IMG/VR virus record: IMGVR_UViG_3300020112_000604
Coordinates: 1-64,000 of that record
DNA: 64,000 nucleotides
Reading direction: 5' to 3' (one strand)
DNA from: a virus
Taxonomy: Duplodnaviria > Caudoviricetes
Part shown: piece by piece, positions 18,571-27,716 of the stretch
How positions within the stretch are numbered: the first letter of the stretch is position 1
How the letters are laid out: each line of letters starts with the position of its first letter
Made by a program: the position numbers and the translations under genes
The notes under the pieces: model-generated
The model's database searches: none
Told to the model about the DNA's origin: nothing
What the model saw: only the letters and a program-made list of their open reading frames with translations

Positions 18571-20052
18571 ATGAAAACAATGACAAAGCTTAACAGAACA
18601 ATCAGAAGAAATCTCAACGCAAAGAACCCGGCAGTGGGTGCATTCTATGAGGAAGAAACAACAAACTTCCACGCATTTGACAAGGATGCAAACATCGTTT
18701 CAACTTCAAACAAAGAAGAAGCTGAAGAAATTCAGAACGTACTTAAGAAGGCTCTTGCTGAAACTGATATGTCCGTTGAAGAAGTGGCTAAGGCATCCGA
18801 TGCAATAACTGAGGACGATGACGTTACAGAAGTCAAGACTGCAGAAGATCCAAAGGCTGAAGCTAAGGCGGAAGACACTACAATTGAAACTACAGCTGAA
18901 GAAATTAAGGTTGAAGCTGTAGCAGCAAACTCAGCACCATCAGTTCCACACGATGCTAACTGCACATGTGGATGCAACAACAATGCAGCAACAAGTGCTG
19001 TAGCTAAGAGCGACGCTCTTGCAAATATGCTTCAGAACACACCAGTTATCGATGCACTCAGCAATGATAACGATGCGAACAAAACTGAAGAACAGCTCAG
19101 ACATGAGGCCGAGCTTCTTGGCGAACACGTAGTAGAAGAATGGCCTCCTCAGCCAAGAAATCAGTATGAGGCTGCTTACTACACATTCCCAGGATACAAG
19201 ACAGTTTGGAACGGTGAAACAGATCCAAACGGAAATCCAATCGTATTCCCTAATGGTGTGCCATATGCTAATCCAATGACAGGAAAGGCTTCTGGCAGAT
19301 GGGAATACATTGCAGAAACACAACAGCAGGAAGCCGCTCCGGTCGAACCTGCTCAGGCAACTACATCAGAATGGAATGCTGATGGTACTAAGACATTATC
19401 ATCACACAATATTCCGATTGTAAGCAAGGAACGTTTAAACACCGCAAAGGCAACAGCTTGGGAAGGCAAGCCAGTAGAATACACTGAGAACAGCATTGAT
19501 GCTACAGCTTATTTCGATAATGTAAACAAGAGCATCAATTCTGCAGCTCAGGACATGGCAGCAGAACTCCGTAGACAGGAAGAAGCGGCACATGCCGAAG
19601 CAGCAAGATATCAGAATATGCAGGCTAGCATGATGCAGTTCATGCAGCAGGCAGATACTCGTTCTTCAAACCAGAAGTTTATGGATGCTCTGAACTCTAA
19701 CGGTTCAGACATCTGTACAATGACAGTAGAACAGGCTGAACAGTCAATGGGTAACGCATCTGCACAGCCAGCGGCAACAGCAGGTATTATAGATGACGGT
19801 AGAATCTATACTGTTAAGTACGTTAGTGAAAACGACGCTAACAATCTCAGAACACTGAGCAATCAGTTCGGCAGAGTTCTTCGTCCAGAAGAATTTGCTG
19901 AATATGACATTCACACAGGTACAATGGCACACAATCTCCAGACTGTTATAAGTTGGATCCAGAATACTGGAATCTCAATGTATACAATCTATGATGACCA
20001 GGGCAACGTGCAGAAATCAACAATGGAATCACTTGGCGGCATGGTAGCCTAA
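18571..20052 (+). CDS. Early protein, Ala/Glu/Gln-rich and largely low-complexity, unknown function
   Basis: 493-aa ORF with SD, codon usage typical of highly expressed genes, downstream of an early promoter. Confidence 0.7.
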   Translation: MKTMTKLNRTIRRNLNAKNPAVGAFYEEETTNFHAFDKDANIVSTSNKEEAEEIQNVLKKALAETDMSVEEVAKASDAITEDDDVTEVKTAEDPKAEAKAEDTTIETTAEEIKVEAVAANSAPSVPHDANCTCGCNNNAATSAVAKSDALANMLQNTPVIDALSNDNDANKTEEQLRHEAELLGEHVVEEWPPQPRNQYEAAYYTFPGYKTVWNGETDPNGNPIVFPNGVPYANPMTGKASGRWEYIAETQQQEAAPVEPAQATTSEWNADGTKTLSSHNIPIVSKERLNTAKATAWEGKPVEYTENSIDATAYFDNVNKSINSAAQDMAAELRRQEEAAHAEAARYQNMQASMMQFMQQADTRSSNQKFMDALNSNGSDICTMTVEQAEQSMGNASAQPAATAGIIDDGRIYTVKYVSENDANNLRTLSNQFGRVLRPEEFAEYDIHTGTMAHNLQTVISWIQNTGISMYTIYDDQGNVQKSTMESLGGMVA

Positions 20053-20075
20053 TTTATTGAGGAGGAAATATAATC

Positions 20076-20534
20076 ATGAGAAAGAAAGGCCATAAAATCA
20101 CAATCTTAGGACAGACCGGACTTGACATCGTCAACCTTAAGAAAAAGCTCAGAACCTATGACAATTACAATGAAATACATTTTCAAATGGGATTTGAAGA
20201 TGCGGGTGAAAACCGCGATTTCAAAGTAAACGCCAAGGAAGCATATATTGTATTCCGTGGAATGCAGTCTATGTATCAGGACAAGGTTTACCGTGAGGCA
20301 TTCGATGAATTCGGAGCACCAATCCGATTCGATTACCGTTATGTACCGTTGATTTACAGTCACAGTTTTCTGGGTCAGGCATATATTGGTGCCATGCTGC
20401 AGAAAAATGCTATCGATAATACGGTACGCTGGGATTCTGAAATCCCAACATTCTACGAGTTTATGGAGAACGCTGATAAAGTAATTAAGCGTTACAATAA
20501 ACATGGATTCAATATCAATCTAAACATTGCTTAA
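20076..20534 (+). CDS. Early hypothetical protein, paralog of 20738..21208
   Basis: SD GAGGAGG; shares LGQA(Y/F)xxAM(L/M)Q...P(T/S)FxxF...KxI(K/R)RxxKxG with the next gene. Confidence 0.7.
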   Translation: MRKKGHKITILGQTGLDIVNLKKKLRTYDNYNEIHFQMGFEDAGENRDFKVNAKEAYIVFRGMQSMYQDKVYREAFDEFGAPIRFDYRYVPLIYSHSFLGQAYIGAMLQKNAIDNTVRWDSEIPTFYEFMENADKVIKRYNKHGFNINLNIA

Positions 20535-20617
20535 ACTTTGAATAGATGATTCTTCCGATGTAGGGTGAGAGGTGCATTAAGCATCTCTCACAATTACATC
20601 CCCAAATTTTTTCTTAT

Positions 20618-20740
20618 GGAAAGTCTCTCATTTCAGTTATATATTATTATGGTGATAGGGAAATAGACGCATCACCTTATCTAATATAAGTAAACGCCCA
20701 TGATGCAGGGCATATATGTACTTAGGAGGTACTAATTATG
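20618..20740 (+). repeat. Conserved early promoter plus structured 5' leader, copy 2
   Basis: GGAAAGTC...TTATATATTAT...GATAGGG[..GCATCA]CCTTATC...GCCC-ATGATGCA-GGGC...GTACTTAGGAGGTAC...ATG. Confidence 0.85.
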
Positions 20741-21208
20741 ATTAAAGACGGTATGAAAAGAAGCATGTTCGGCAACGGTAAGGGAAACCTTGGACAGCGT
20801 CCAGGTTTCACATACTTCATTGTAAATGCTAAGAAGGAACTCGGAGCAGATGATAATCTGCTCTGCGGAGACACATTGACACTCAACCACGAAGCTAACC
20901 ATACGTTATTTGAGGCGTACACATTCTTCTGCCGGATGCGCAGAATGATGCTGGGATGTCCAGCTGAAGACACAGTTTGGGAAACAGTTTACAACGACTG
21001 TATTCTCGGTCAGGCATTTGTCTGCGCAATGATGCAGACCAATGTTGGCATTTCAATATATGAAGGAGACTGGACGATGTACGCACCGTCGTTCAGGCAA
21101 TTTGTTAACATGCTCGCAAAATGCATCCGTCGTCATATGAAATCGGGTGCCAGCTTCGGTTTCAAGGTAATGGATATTCTTCATTACTGCGAATCCGACG
21201 AGCACTGA
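20738..21208 (+). CDS. Early hypothetical protein, paralog of 20076..20534
   Basis: Starts at the ATG of leader copy 2; followed by a terminator at 21214-21239. Confidence 0.7.
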   Translation: MIKDGMKRSMFGNGKGNLGQRPGFTYFIVNAKKELGADDNLLCGDTLTLNHEANHTLFEAYTFFCRMRRMMLGCPAEDTVWETVYNDCILGQAFVCAMMQTNVGISIYEGDWTMYAPSFRQFVNMLAKCIRRHMKSGASFGFKVMDILHYCESDEH

Positions 21209-21213
21209 TGTAT

Positions 21214-21262
21214 TGGAGAGACTCATACGAGTCTCTCCACTTATATATCAATTTATTTTTTT
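21214..21262 (+). terminator. Intrinsic terminator
   Basis: TGGAGAGACTC-ATAC-GAGTCTCTCCA followed by a T-rich tract. Confidence 0.6.
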
Positions 21263-21275
21263 GTACACTAAGTTC

Positions 21276-21287
21276 AACTTCACTATA
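21276..21287 (+). promoter_or_regulatory. Late/middle promoter
   Basis: AACT-TCACTA-TA upstream of the GAGGTG SD. Confidence 0.6.
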
Positions 21288-21301
21288 AACGAGGTGATTT
21301 T

Positions 21302-22189
21302 ATGATATTGACAAAAGTTGTTGATACTGTATTTAGTATCCCAGATAAACTTAAGATTGAATTAGCAACCACAATTGTACAGGATAATAAATCGGACTTC
21401 AACAACCGCGGAGTCCCTAACATGAACCTTTATAAAGATGCATCTGAACAATTACAAAGCGTTACGGGAACACTGTATCGTAAAGTAATTTACAAGATGA
21501 AGATGGTTGGACCCAATGGGTTCAACAAAACATTTAGTCTCCGTAGTGCAGGAATGAATATAGATTCCGGAGACCTATACAGAATCAAACGTTATGGTGA
21601 AATGATTCTTGACAGAATATATGATGTTAAGGATGACTTCGCTATCAGTCGTAAAGATAAATCGGTATATGATTCGCTTCATAAAGAGGAAGTTTATACA
21701 GATATCACTGGGTCTAATGATCCTAATGATAGATTGTTATATATGAAGAAAGCTAATGTCTTTGGTCCTAGACTGGAGCTTAGTAACTTCGCAGTAATCA
21801 ATACAGGATTCTTATTATATCCAATGCAACGAGCATTTCCATCGCCGATGGCTAAGAACGTTGTAGGAATAGAGATGTCTCTATCTAGAGATACAGCTCC
21901 ATATTGTACGCAGTTAGGGTTTGACCCTAACCCAATATTAAGTGAATTCGAATTAAGTGAGTTGGTAGACTTTGCTAGTAAGTTTGACCCAGTATCGTAT
22001 GCAATGGACGTTACTAACGCTTACAGTACAAGTACACTCAAATGGCTCGCAAAATGCGAATTTAAAGATCGCACTCGCCAGAACCCCTCATATGATGCAG
22101 TTGTGAACAACAATTCTACATCATTACCACCAAAGCAAACGTCTAGACCAGACGCTAATCTACGCAACGAGTTATCTCAGTTACTATAA
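21302..22189 (+). CDS. Hypothetical protein (295 aa)
   Basis: Long ORF with SD and promoter; no motif recognised. Confidence 0.65.
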   Translation: MILTKVVDTVFSIPDKLKIELATTIVQDNKSDFNNRGVPNMNLYKDASEQLQSVTGTLYRKVIYKMKMVGPNGFNKTFSLRSAGMNIDSGDLYRIKRYGEMILDRIYDVKDDFAISRKDKSVYDSLHKEEVYTDITGSNDPNDRLLYMKKANVFGPRLELSNFAVINTGFLLYPMQRAFPSPMAKNVVGIEMSLSRDTAPYCTQLGFDPNPILSEFELSELVDFASKFDPVSYAMDVTNAYSTSTLKWLAKCEFKDRTRQNPSYDAVVNNNSTSLPPKQTSRPDANLRNELSQLL

Positions 22190-22217
22190 ACTTTTGAATA
22201 ATAAAGGAGGTGTGCTT

Positions 22218-22589
22218 ATGTTTCCACCGAAAGGATATGACCCTAAGTACCAGTTAGCATCAGAGGATGGCGACCACATCCTCACAGATTCATTCTGCAG
22301 ATTCCTCACAGCTAAAGGATATGAGTTTAAAGTAATTACATTTCCTGAACTCAGGCCTAATATAGTATGTGAGACAGTACGTGCTCCACTCTTTGCTAAA
22401 TACCGTAAGGTAATTGAATTCCATAATGCCGATGGAAAACTCGTAGCGTTACTCCATAGATATGGTTTAACTGACTACGTGGAACGATTTACTAAAGGAA
22501 GACTCGACTTGACTCTTGACTTCCCTGACGCATTGGTAAAGATGAATGTCTTATTGGGATCGGAACCGTTCCCTACATATGGTGATTGA
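22218..22589 (+). CDS. Hypothetical protein
   Basis: AAGGAGGTG SD before ATG 22218; promoter AACT-TTTGAA-TA at 22189-22200. Confidence 0.65.
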   Translation: MFPPKGYDPKYQLASEDGDHILTDSFCRFLTAKGYEFKVITFPELRPNIVCETVRAPLFAKYRKVIEFHNADGKLVALLHRYGLTDYVERFTKGRLDLTLDFPDALVKMNVLLGSEPFPTYGD

Positions 22590-22597
22590 CAAAAGTT

Positions 22598-22630
22598 TGG
22601 GGTAGGCTCAACGCCTACCCCAGTGTTTTG
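22598..22630. terminator. Bidirectional terminator between convergent genes
   Basis: TGGGGTAGGC-TCAAC-GCCTACCCCA. Confidence 0.7.
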
Positions 22631-22634
22631 TGTT

Positions 22635-23864
22635 TTAGAGTTCAGGATATGCAATCTGAATTACTGAGTTAGAATAATCATATTTGAACTTGGCATTGTG
22701 TGCTAAGTCAAATCTTAAATCTCTATACTTGTCAAGAAGTGTCATAAACTTCTTAGCTTCAGATGTAGAGAGTTCAACGTTCTCTAATACATCTTCAAGC
22801 ACAGAAATTCTCTGGTTAACCTGACGCAGTACGAATAATGCGTTGTTCTTATCTCCGAGAGATCTAGCCTGCATAACCAGTTCGTAGTAGTCTTCTTCAT
22901 ATGGAGCCACACCTCTAAGAATAGCAGCTTTACGCTTGTTACTCTTACGGATTTCAGCTTCCTTGCTTTCTTCTATGTATTCCTGTTCAAGTAACAGGTC
23001 AACAGATTCGTATACATTGATTACTGCCCCGTCGTCTGTAGAGTAACGCTTGAGCTTATCGATGCATGTCTTGATATCAATCTTTTCAAACTTACTCTGA
23101 GTAACTCTCATAGCATCCATAAGAGAATGAACAGCAGTGTTTCTCTTGAACTTGATATCCATCATCAGCTTGATAGACCAAGTAAGAGCTACGAGTTTGT
23201 TATTGGCAACGTTGTTTGCGACGTTTATGCCGTTCTTAGTAACCTTCTTGAATACTGACTGGAGTGAATCAAGATAACCACATTCGTATACAAAATGGTC
23301 AGCAAGTACTTCACCATCTTTGTATATACAGAACATGGAACGTGTCTTTCTGATTGTATTGTTAAATCCATACTTGAGTATAGACATAGCAAGGCTTCTT
23401 TCCTTTTCGCCATCAGGGAGCTGAATAGATACATGGTTCTTGGCAGCATAGATATTTACAACGTCACACATCTCTTCGTAGAGTGTTGTGTCGTTTACTA
23501 TGTGTCCTACTTCATGTAATACCATAGCGAGCATTTCGTCTGGTGTGATATCTATTCCAGAGAATATTCGTGAATCGATTTCTATTCTATAGGAATCGAT
23601 ACGATGCTTGTGTTCATCGTCATTCTCTAATACGGCACTGATAAACTGTGGTGTGAGTTCCGGATGAACACACATACCAAAGAATAATCCGTCGTTTTCT
23701 GTGAATACAACAGCCTGGCACTTTGAATCGGAAAAGAATCTATTCAATTCTTTACGCAGGTCGTTTAACTGTGATTCTTTAATTCTGCAATGTATGTCAT
23801 ATTCACTAATCATATCATCGAAAATGTCTAAGAAACCACTAAAGTTATAATTGACTTTTCTCAT
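22635..23864 (-). CDS. Zincin-like (HExxH) metallopeptidase, probable virion protein
   Basis: AMVLHEVGH plus downstream EVLADHFV (M48-like third-ligand motif); directly downstream of the capsid gene. Confidence 0.7.
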   Translation of the reverse strand: MRKVNYNFSGFLDIFDDMISEYDIHCRIKESQLNDLRKELNRFFSDSKCQAVVFTENDGLFFGMCVHPELTPQFISAVLENDDEHKHRIDSYRIEIDSRIFSGIDITPDEMLAMVLHEVGHIVNDTTLYEEMCDVVNIYAAKNHVSIQLPDGEKERSLAMSILKYGFNNTIRKTRSMFCIYKDGEVLADHFVYECGYLDSLQSVFKKVTKNGINVANNVANNKLVALTWSIKLMMDIKFKRNTAVHSLMDAMRVTQSKFEKIDIKTCIDKLKRYSTDDGAVINVYESVDLLLEQEYIEESKEAEIRKSNKRKAAILRGVAPYEEDYYELVMQARSLGDKNNALFVLRQVNQRISVLEDVLENVELSTSEAKKFMTLLDKYRDLRFDLAHNAKFKYDYSNSVIQIAYPEL

Positions 23865-23977
23865 GAGTAGTTTACCTCCTTAAGTGGAATATCAAAAAAG
23901 GCGTCTGTGCCCTAGAGCACAGACACCGTTTTTATGTTAGGTTGTTATGTCAATGTATTGTCAGCTGTATCAGCAGA

Positions 23978-25924
23978 TTAATAATCAGCGTTATCAACAG
24001 CAAAGTCGTTAAGACCCATGTTGTTGCCGATGAATGCTTCAAGGCCGCCCTGAGCAGCAACAGCGTCCATACCTGGCTTGAATGCAGCAGCATCTCTACC
24101 CATAACGTTAACGCATTTAATTCTAGCCTGAACTGGCTGGTATTCAAAGATGCCCCAACGGTCGAATGCTGTGATTGCAGGGAGATATACGTTTTCGCTT
24201 GAACGGAGTTCATTTGATACGTATGTCTGGTAATCGTAGATTCTGTACATGAATCTTTCGCTGTTCTTTGGTGTAAGAAGAACGATAAGGTTGTTCTGAT
24301 CTCTCATCTTGTCAGCTGAGATGAACTGGTATGTTCTGTTATCAGATGTCTGTACTGTCTTTACGAAGTCAAGCTGGAAAGGACCAACCTGTGATGGTGT
24401 TGACCATGTGTACTGTGTTGGTGTGAGCTTTCTGATAAGGTCTGATCTACCAACGATGTTAACGATAACGTTGCCGTCGTTCCAGATGTTGAGCATCTGT
24501 GTTACCCATGTATCGAGGTCCGGTAAGAATGCCTTCTTAGCCCAATCAAGATGATCATCAACGAACTGGAATGCTGGTGTGAAGTCAAAGATGTGTGACA
24601 TCTGAGCTCTCCAAGGCATCTTTCTGAATGAATCATCAAGGAATTCCTTAGCTGTTGAGTCTCTGTATTCTTCGAGCATTGTAGCGAAGAAGCTCATGTG
24701 CTTTGTAATCTGGTTTACGTTGTAAAGAACTGCAACGTCCTTCATTTCTTCAGGAGATACCTGAGCCTGGAGATGTGTAGCTTCAGGAATTCTCTCCATG
24801 TGAGTCTTACGAACCCATTCGCCGTGAGGTGAAGGAAGTGTACCAGTTGATGAAGCCTGACGGCAGCTGTAGATGAAGCCCTTAGCAGCTGTTGAGTTTG
24901 TCATAACTGAGAGAAGGTCATCTCTGCAAACGCCTGAGATAAGAACGTTCTCTGAAACAGCGCTTGTACCTGTTTCGTCAGCAACAGCGATTGTGATTTC
25001 GTGGTTGAAACCTGTTCTGTCTGAGTCACCGATGATTGGGTATGTGATGAGTCTTGTAGGAATGATAGCGTTTTCACACTTAACGTATGCAGCTGTTCCT
25101 GTGTTTGTGAATGTCTTAATAGCAGCTTCAACAGCAGCTGGATCACCAGCAGCAATAGCAGCGTCCATAGCTGTCCAGTCAACGTATTCAACTGATTCGC
25201 CAGGGCCAACCATTACGTCTGCAACGATACCTGAGATATGTGCATCTGTATCAAGGTGTTCCTGAATACCCTGAGGATTTCTTGAAACGCCTGTAGCATC
25301 AGCTGTGCAGCCGAAGAGTACATCAAGGAATCTTGTTGTCTTGTTTTCAGGGAACTTACAGCCAACTCTTCTCATTGGACGAGCGTTCTTAACAGCCTTA
25401 GCGATCTTATACTGCTCCTGGAACATGTCAAATTTCTCGCCTGTTGTTGGGTCAACGAGGAGTCTTACTTCTCTTTCAACCTGAACGTTTGGTGTGTTTG
25501 TTACGAGTCTTGGGATGATACCCTGCTGCCATACGCAGTTCATGAGAATATCCTTATGAAGCGGAGGTGTGAATGTCATTGTTGGGTTGAAGCCGTTGAT
25601 TGCCATAGCTTCACACATGCATTCTCTGTCGTTCTCATAGAAGAGAGCCATTTCTTCTTCAGCTTCGTTCATGAGTTCCGGATTACCACCGAGTTTTGGA
25701 TCAAACTTAGGGTCCTTCGGATCGTAAGCATACTTCTTGTAGTATGCGAGAAGATCGTTCTGAACAGCACTTTCGCAAAGTGCCATCTGAGTATTACTTA
25801 CAGGGTCGATCTGTGAGTTCTGCTTGATTGCTTTGAGTGTGTTTACCCAGTCCTTAGCAACTCCGTACATCTTGTCGCCAGTTGCTCTAACTTCCGGGCG
25901 TTTTGCTTCCTTATAGATAGCCAT
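23978..25924 (-). CDS. Major capsid protein precursor
   Basis: 648 aa with strong high-expression codon bias, its own promoter and terminator, and an N-terminal region carrying processing-type motifs (LCES, MNEA, MCEA). The C-terminal YRIYDYQTYVSNELR...LPAITAFDRW pattern resembles my recollection of AR9/PBS1-type capsid proteins. Confidence 0.75.
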   Translation of the reverse strand: MAIYKEAKRPEVRATGDKMYGVAKDWVNTLKAIKQNSQIDPVSNTQMALCESAVQNDLLAYYKKYAYDPKDPKFDPKLGGNPELMNEAEEEMALFYENDRECMCEAMAINGFNPTMTFTPPLHKDILMNCVWQQGIIPRLVTNTPNVQVEREVRLLVDPTTGEKFDMFQEQYKIAKAVKNARPMRRVGCKFPENKTTRFLDVLFGCTADATGVSRNPQGIQEHLDTDAHISGIVADVMVGPGESVEYVDWTAMDAAIAAGDPAAVEAAIKTFTNTGTAAYVKCENAIIPTRLITYPIIGDSDRTGFNHEITIAVADETGTSAVSENVLISGVCRDDLLSVMTNSTAAKGFIYSCRQASSTGTLPSPHGEWVRKTHMERIPEATHLQAQVSPEEMKDVAVLYNVNQITKHMSFFATMLEEYRDSTAKEFLDDSFRKMPWRAQMSHIFDFTPAFQFVDDHLDWAKKAFLPDLDTWVTQMLNIWNDGNVIVNIVGRSDLIRKLTPTQYTWSTPSQVGPFQLDFVKTVQTSDNRTYQFISADKMRDQNNLIVLLTPKNSERFMYRIYDYQTYVSNELRSSENVYLPAITAFDRWGIFEYQPVQARIKCVNVMGRDAAAFKPGMDAVAAQGGLEAFIGNNMGLNDFAVDNADY

Positions 25925-26011
25925 AATAGAATTCCTCCTTTAGTAGTAAAAAATAATAGATTTTATAAAATATACTATTTTTAATAGTAGAATAGCTAGA
26001 AACCAGCTATT

Positions 26012-26024
26012 TACTTAATATGTT
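26012..26024 (-). promoter_or_regulatory. Probable late promoter of the capsid gene (7-nt spacer variant)
   Basis: Minus-strand AACA-TATTAAG-TA, embedded in an inverted repeat. Confidence 0.45.
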
Positions 26025-26072
26025 TCTAGCTATTTTACCATTTTTATATAAAATCTATTATTCTGTTGTCAA

Positions 26073-26963
26073 TTAAATCATTTCGCCGGTCTTTTCAACC
26101 GTTTCAGAATCTCTTGATTCAATAGCATCAGCTATCTTGTCATCAAGGTCATCGTCTTCTTCGTCCGCATCGACATCATCCGGAATGATTTCTTCCAGAA
26201 GACGCGCTACTGCGTCGAACTGTGCAAGGCACTGTTTATATAAAATATCATTCTCGAAAAATGTTCGAGTATAATATGTCTCAGTAATATTGACATGAAT
26301 CATGTCTTTGAGTTCTATAAGCTTACGAGCTGCAAGCTTGAGAACCTGGACATTTGAATCCGTCTTAGGTACGAGGTTGAGACGCTTAAGAGCTTTGTCT
26401 GTAGACTGATAAAGCTTAACGAAGTTTCCTTTAAGTTCTTTATGTTTAAAGGCTTTCTGTTCATCAGTAAGATCTCCGAAGAGTTCATCTTCAACAGCAT
26501 TCAGATCCGATACTAAAGTTTCTCGGTCTTCAGCGCCGCCTACATCATCAAAGTTTTCATCGCCTTCTTCTCCTCCGTCGTCGCCGGCATCAGTTTCATC
26601 ACCGTTTTCGTCGGATCCTGTGTCGCCAGAGTCCATGCCTGGGTCAGCTGAGTCGCTGCCACCTTCGGCTGTGTCAGCTTCATCATTTTCAGATGGTTCA
26701 TTATCCGCTCCGTTGTCAGCAGCACCGTTATCACCTCCATTGTTGTTTACATCAACGTTTATATCGACTTCCTGAGGCGAAGGGTCAGAGTTATCCGGTT
26801 CCGGATCTGGTGTAGCTTCACCATCGAGGTCACCTTCTTCAGGAGTATAGTCTGCTCCGCCTGCATCAACGTCGTCAGTGTTCTGAGTGTAATCTGCAGG
26901 ATCATCATCGGCCTCGTTGATGGCATTGTATTTATAGCCGATTGCGTTAAGGTTGAATATCAT
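26073..26963 (-). CDS. Highly acidic head protein, candidate scaffold/core protein
   Basis: Asp/Glu/Gly-rich N-terminal half after an INEA motif, helical C-terminal domain, immediately upstream of the capsid gene. Confidence 0.5.
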   Translation of the reverse strand: MIFNLNAIGYKYNAINEADDDPADYTQNTDDVDAGGADYTPEEGDLDGEATPDPEPDNSDPSPQEVDINVDVNNNGGDNGAADNGADNEPSENDEADTAEGGSDSADPGMDSGDTGSDENGDETDAGDDGGEEGDENFDDVGGAEDRETLVSDLNAVEDELFGDLTDEQKAFKHKELKGNFVKLYQSTDKALKRLNLVPKTDSNVQVLKLAARKLIELKDMIHVNITETYYTRTFFENDILYKQCLAQFDAVARLLEEIIPDDVDADEEDDDLDDKIADAIESRDSETVEKTGEMI

Positions 26964-26981
26964 AACAGATACACCTCCTTA

Positions 26982-27713
26982 TCAAAGTTTGAACTTTCTG
27001 AGTTTTACGCCACGTTCGTCTTCAATCGCTTCAATCTCTTCGGTAATACCAGCACCATAGTATGTGGATGTGTCTTTACCGAAAGATTTTACTGTAAGGT
27101 CAAAACGTTTTCTTGCTGCCATAAGAGATTTTTCGATTTCGCTCATCTGCTTGTCACAAGTTTCAACAAGCTTTTTGTTATCGCCACCGGCAGCTTCAGC
27201 TTTCTGTTTAAGCTGCATAAGAGCTGCATATGCTTCAACACCGACAAGATATCCGTCTTTATCCTCGCCGTCAGGCTTTACCTTTTCAGCTGTCTTATTT
27301 GCGAAAACTGCGCTTGTAACGAATGAACCAACAATGTTTGCATACATAATGATGAATCCAACAATTTCGCCGCCCATCAGAAAACCAGGTACTGTTGTTA
27401 CCATATACACTATAAGTGATACAATTCGTACGAGTTTGTTGAGAACTTTCATTTTTTCGGAATTGGAAGTAGCTGTTTCGACAGCAGACTTTGCTGCTTT
27501 CGAAGCATCTTCGATTGATTTCTTAACGTCTTCAGGTTTGCTGTTCTTTGTAATCTTGATATTATCAAGATCTGCAACGGCTGCTTCAAGCATAAGCATG
27601 TCGTTTTCGTGAAGCATGTCTAAATCTTCATGAGAGAATGAATGCTCTCTCATTATAACAGAGCCTTCATTTATTGTGACAGGATTGTATCCTATCTGAT
27701 TGAAATTATTCAT
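26982..27713 (-). CDS. Probable internal head protein with a hydrophobic hairpin
   Basis: INEG, LHEN and MLEA motifs at the N-terminus; two adjacent hydrophobic helices at about aa 95-140. Confidence 0.55.
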   Translation of the reverse strand: MNNFNQIGYNPVTINEGSVIMREHSFSHEDLDMLHENDMLMLEAAVADLDNIKITKNSKPEDVKKSIEDASKAAKSAVETATSNSEKMKVLNKLVRIVSLIVYMVTTVPGFLMGGEIVGFIIMYANIVGSFVTSAVFANKTAEKVKPDGEDKDGYLVGVEAYAALMQLKQKAEAAGGDNKKLVETCDKQMSEIEKSLMAARKRFDLTVKSFGKDTSTYYGAGITEEIEAIEDERGVKLRKFKL

Positions 27714-27716
27714 AGA

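Noticed and set aside
18571-22589. Nucleus-shell (chimallin) or PhuZ tubulin genes
   Set aside because: No tubulin signature and no ORF recognisable as chimallin were found here. Nucleus formation cannot be inferred from this window.
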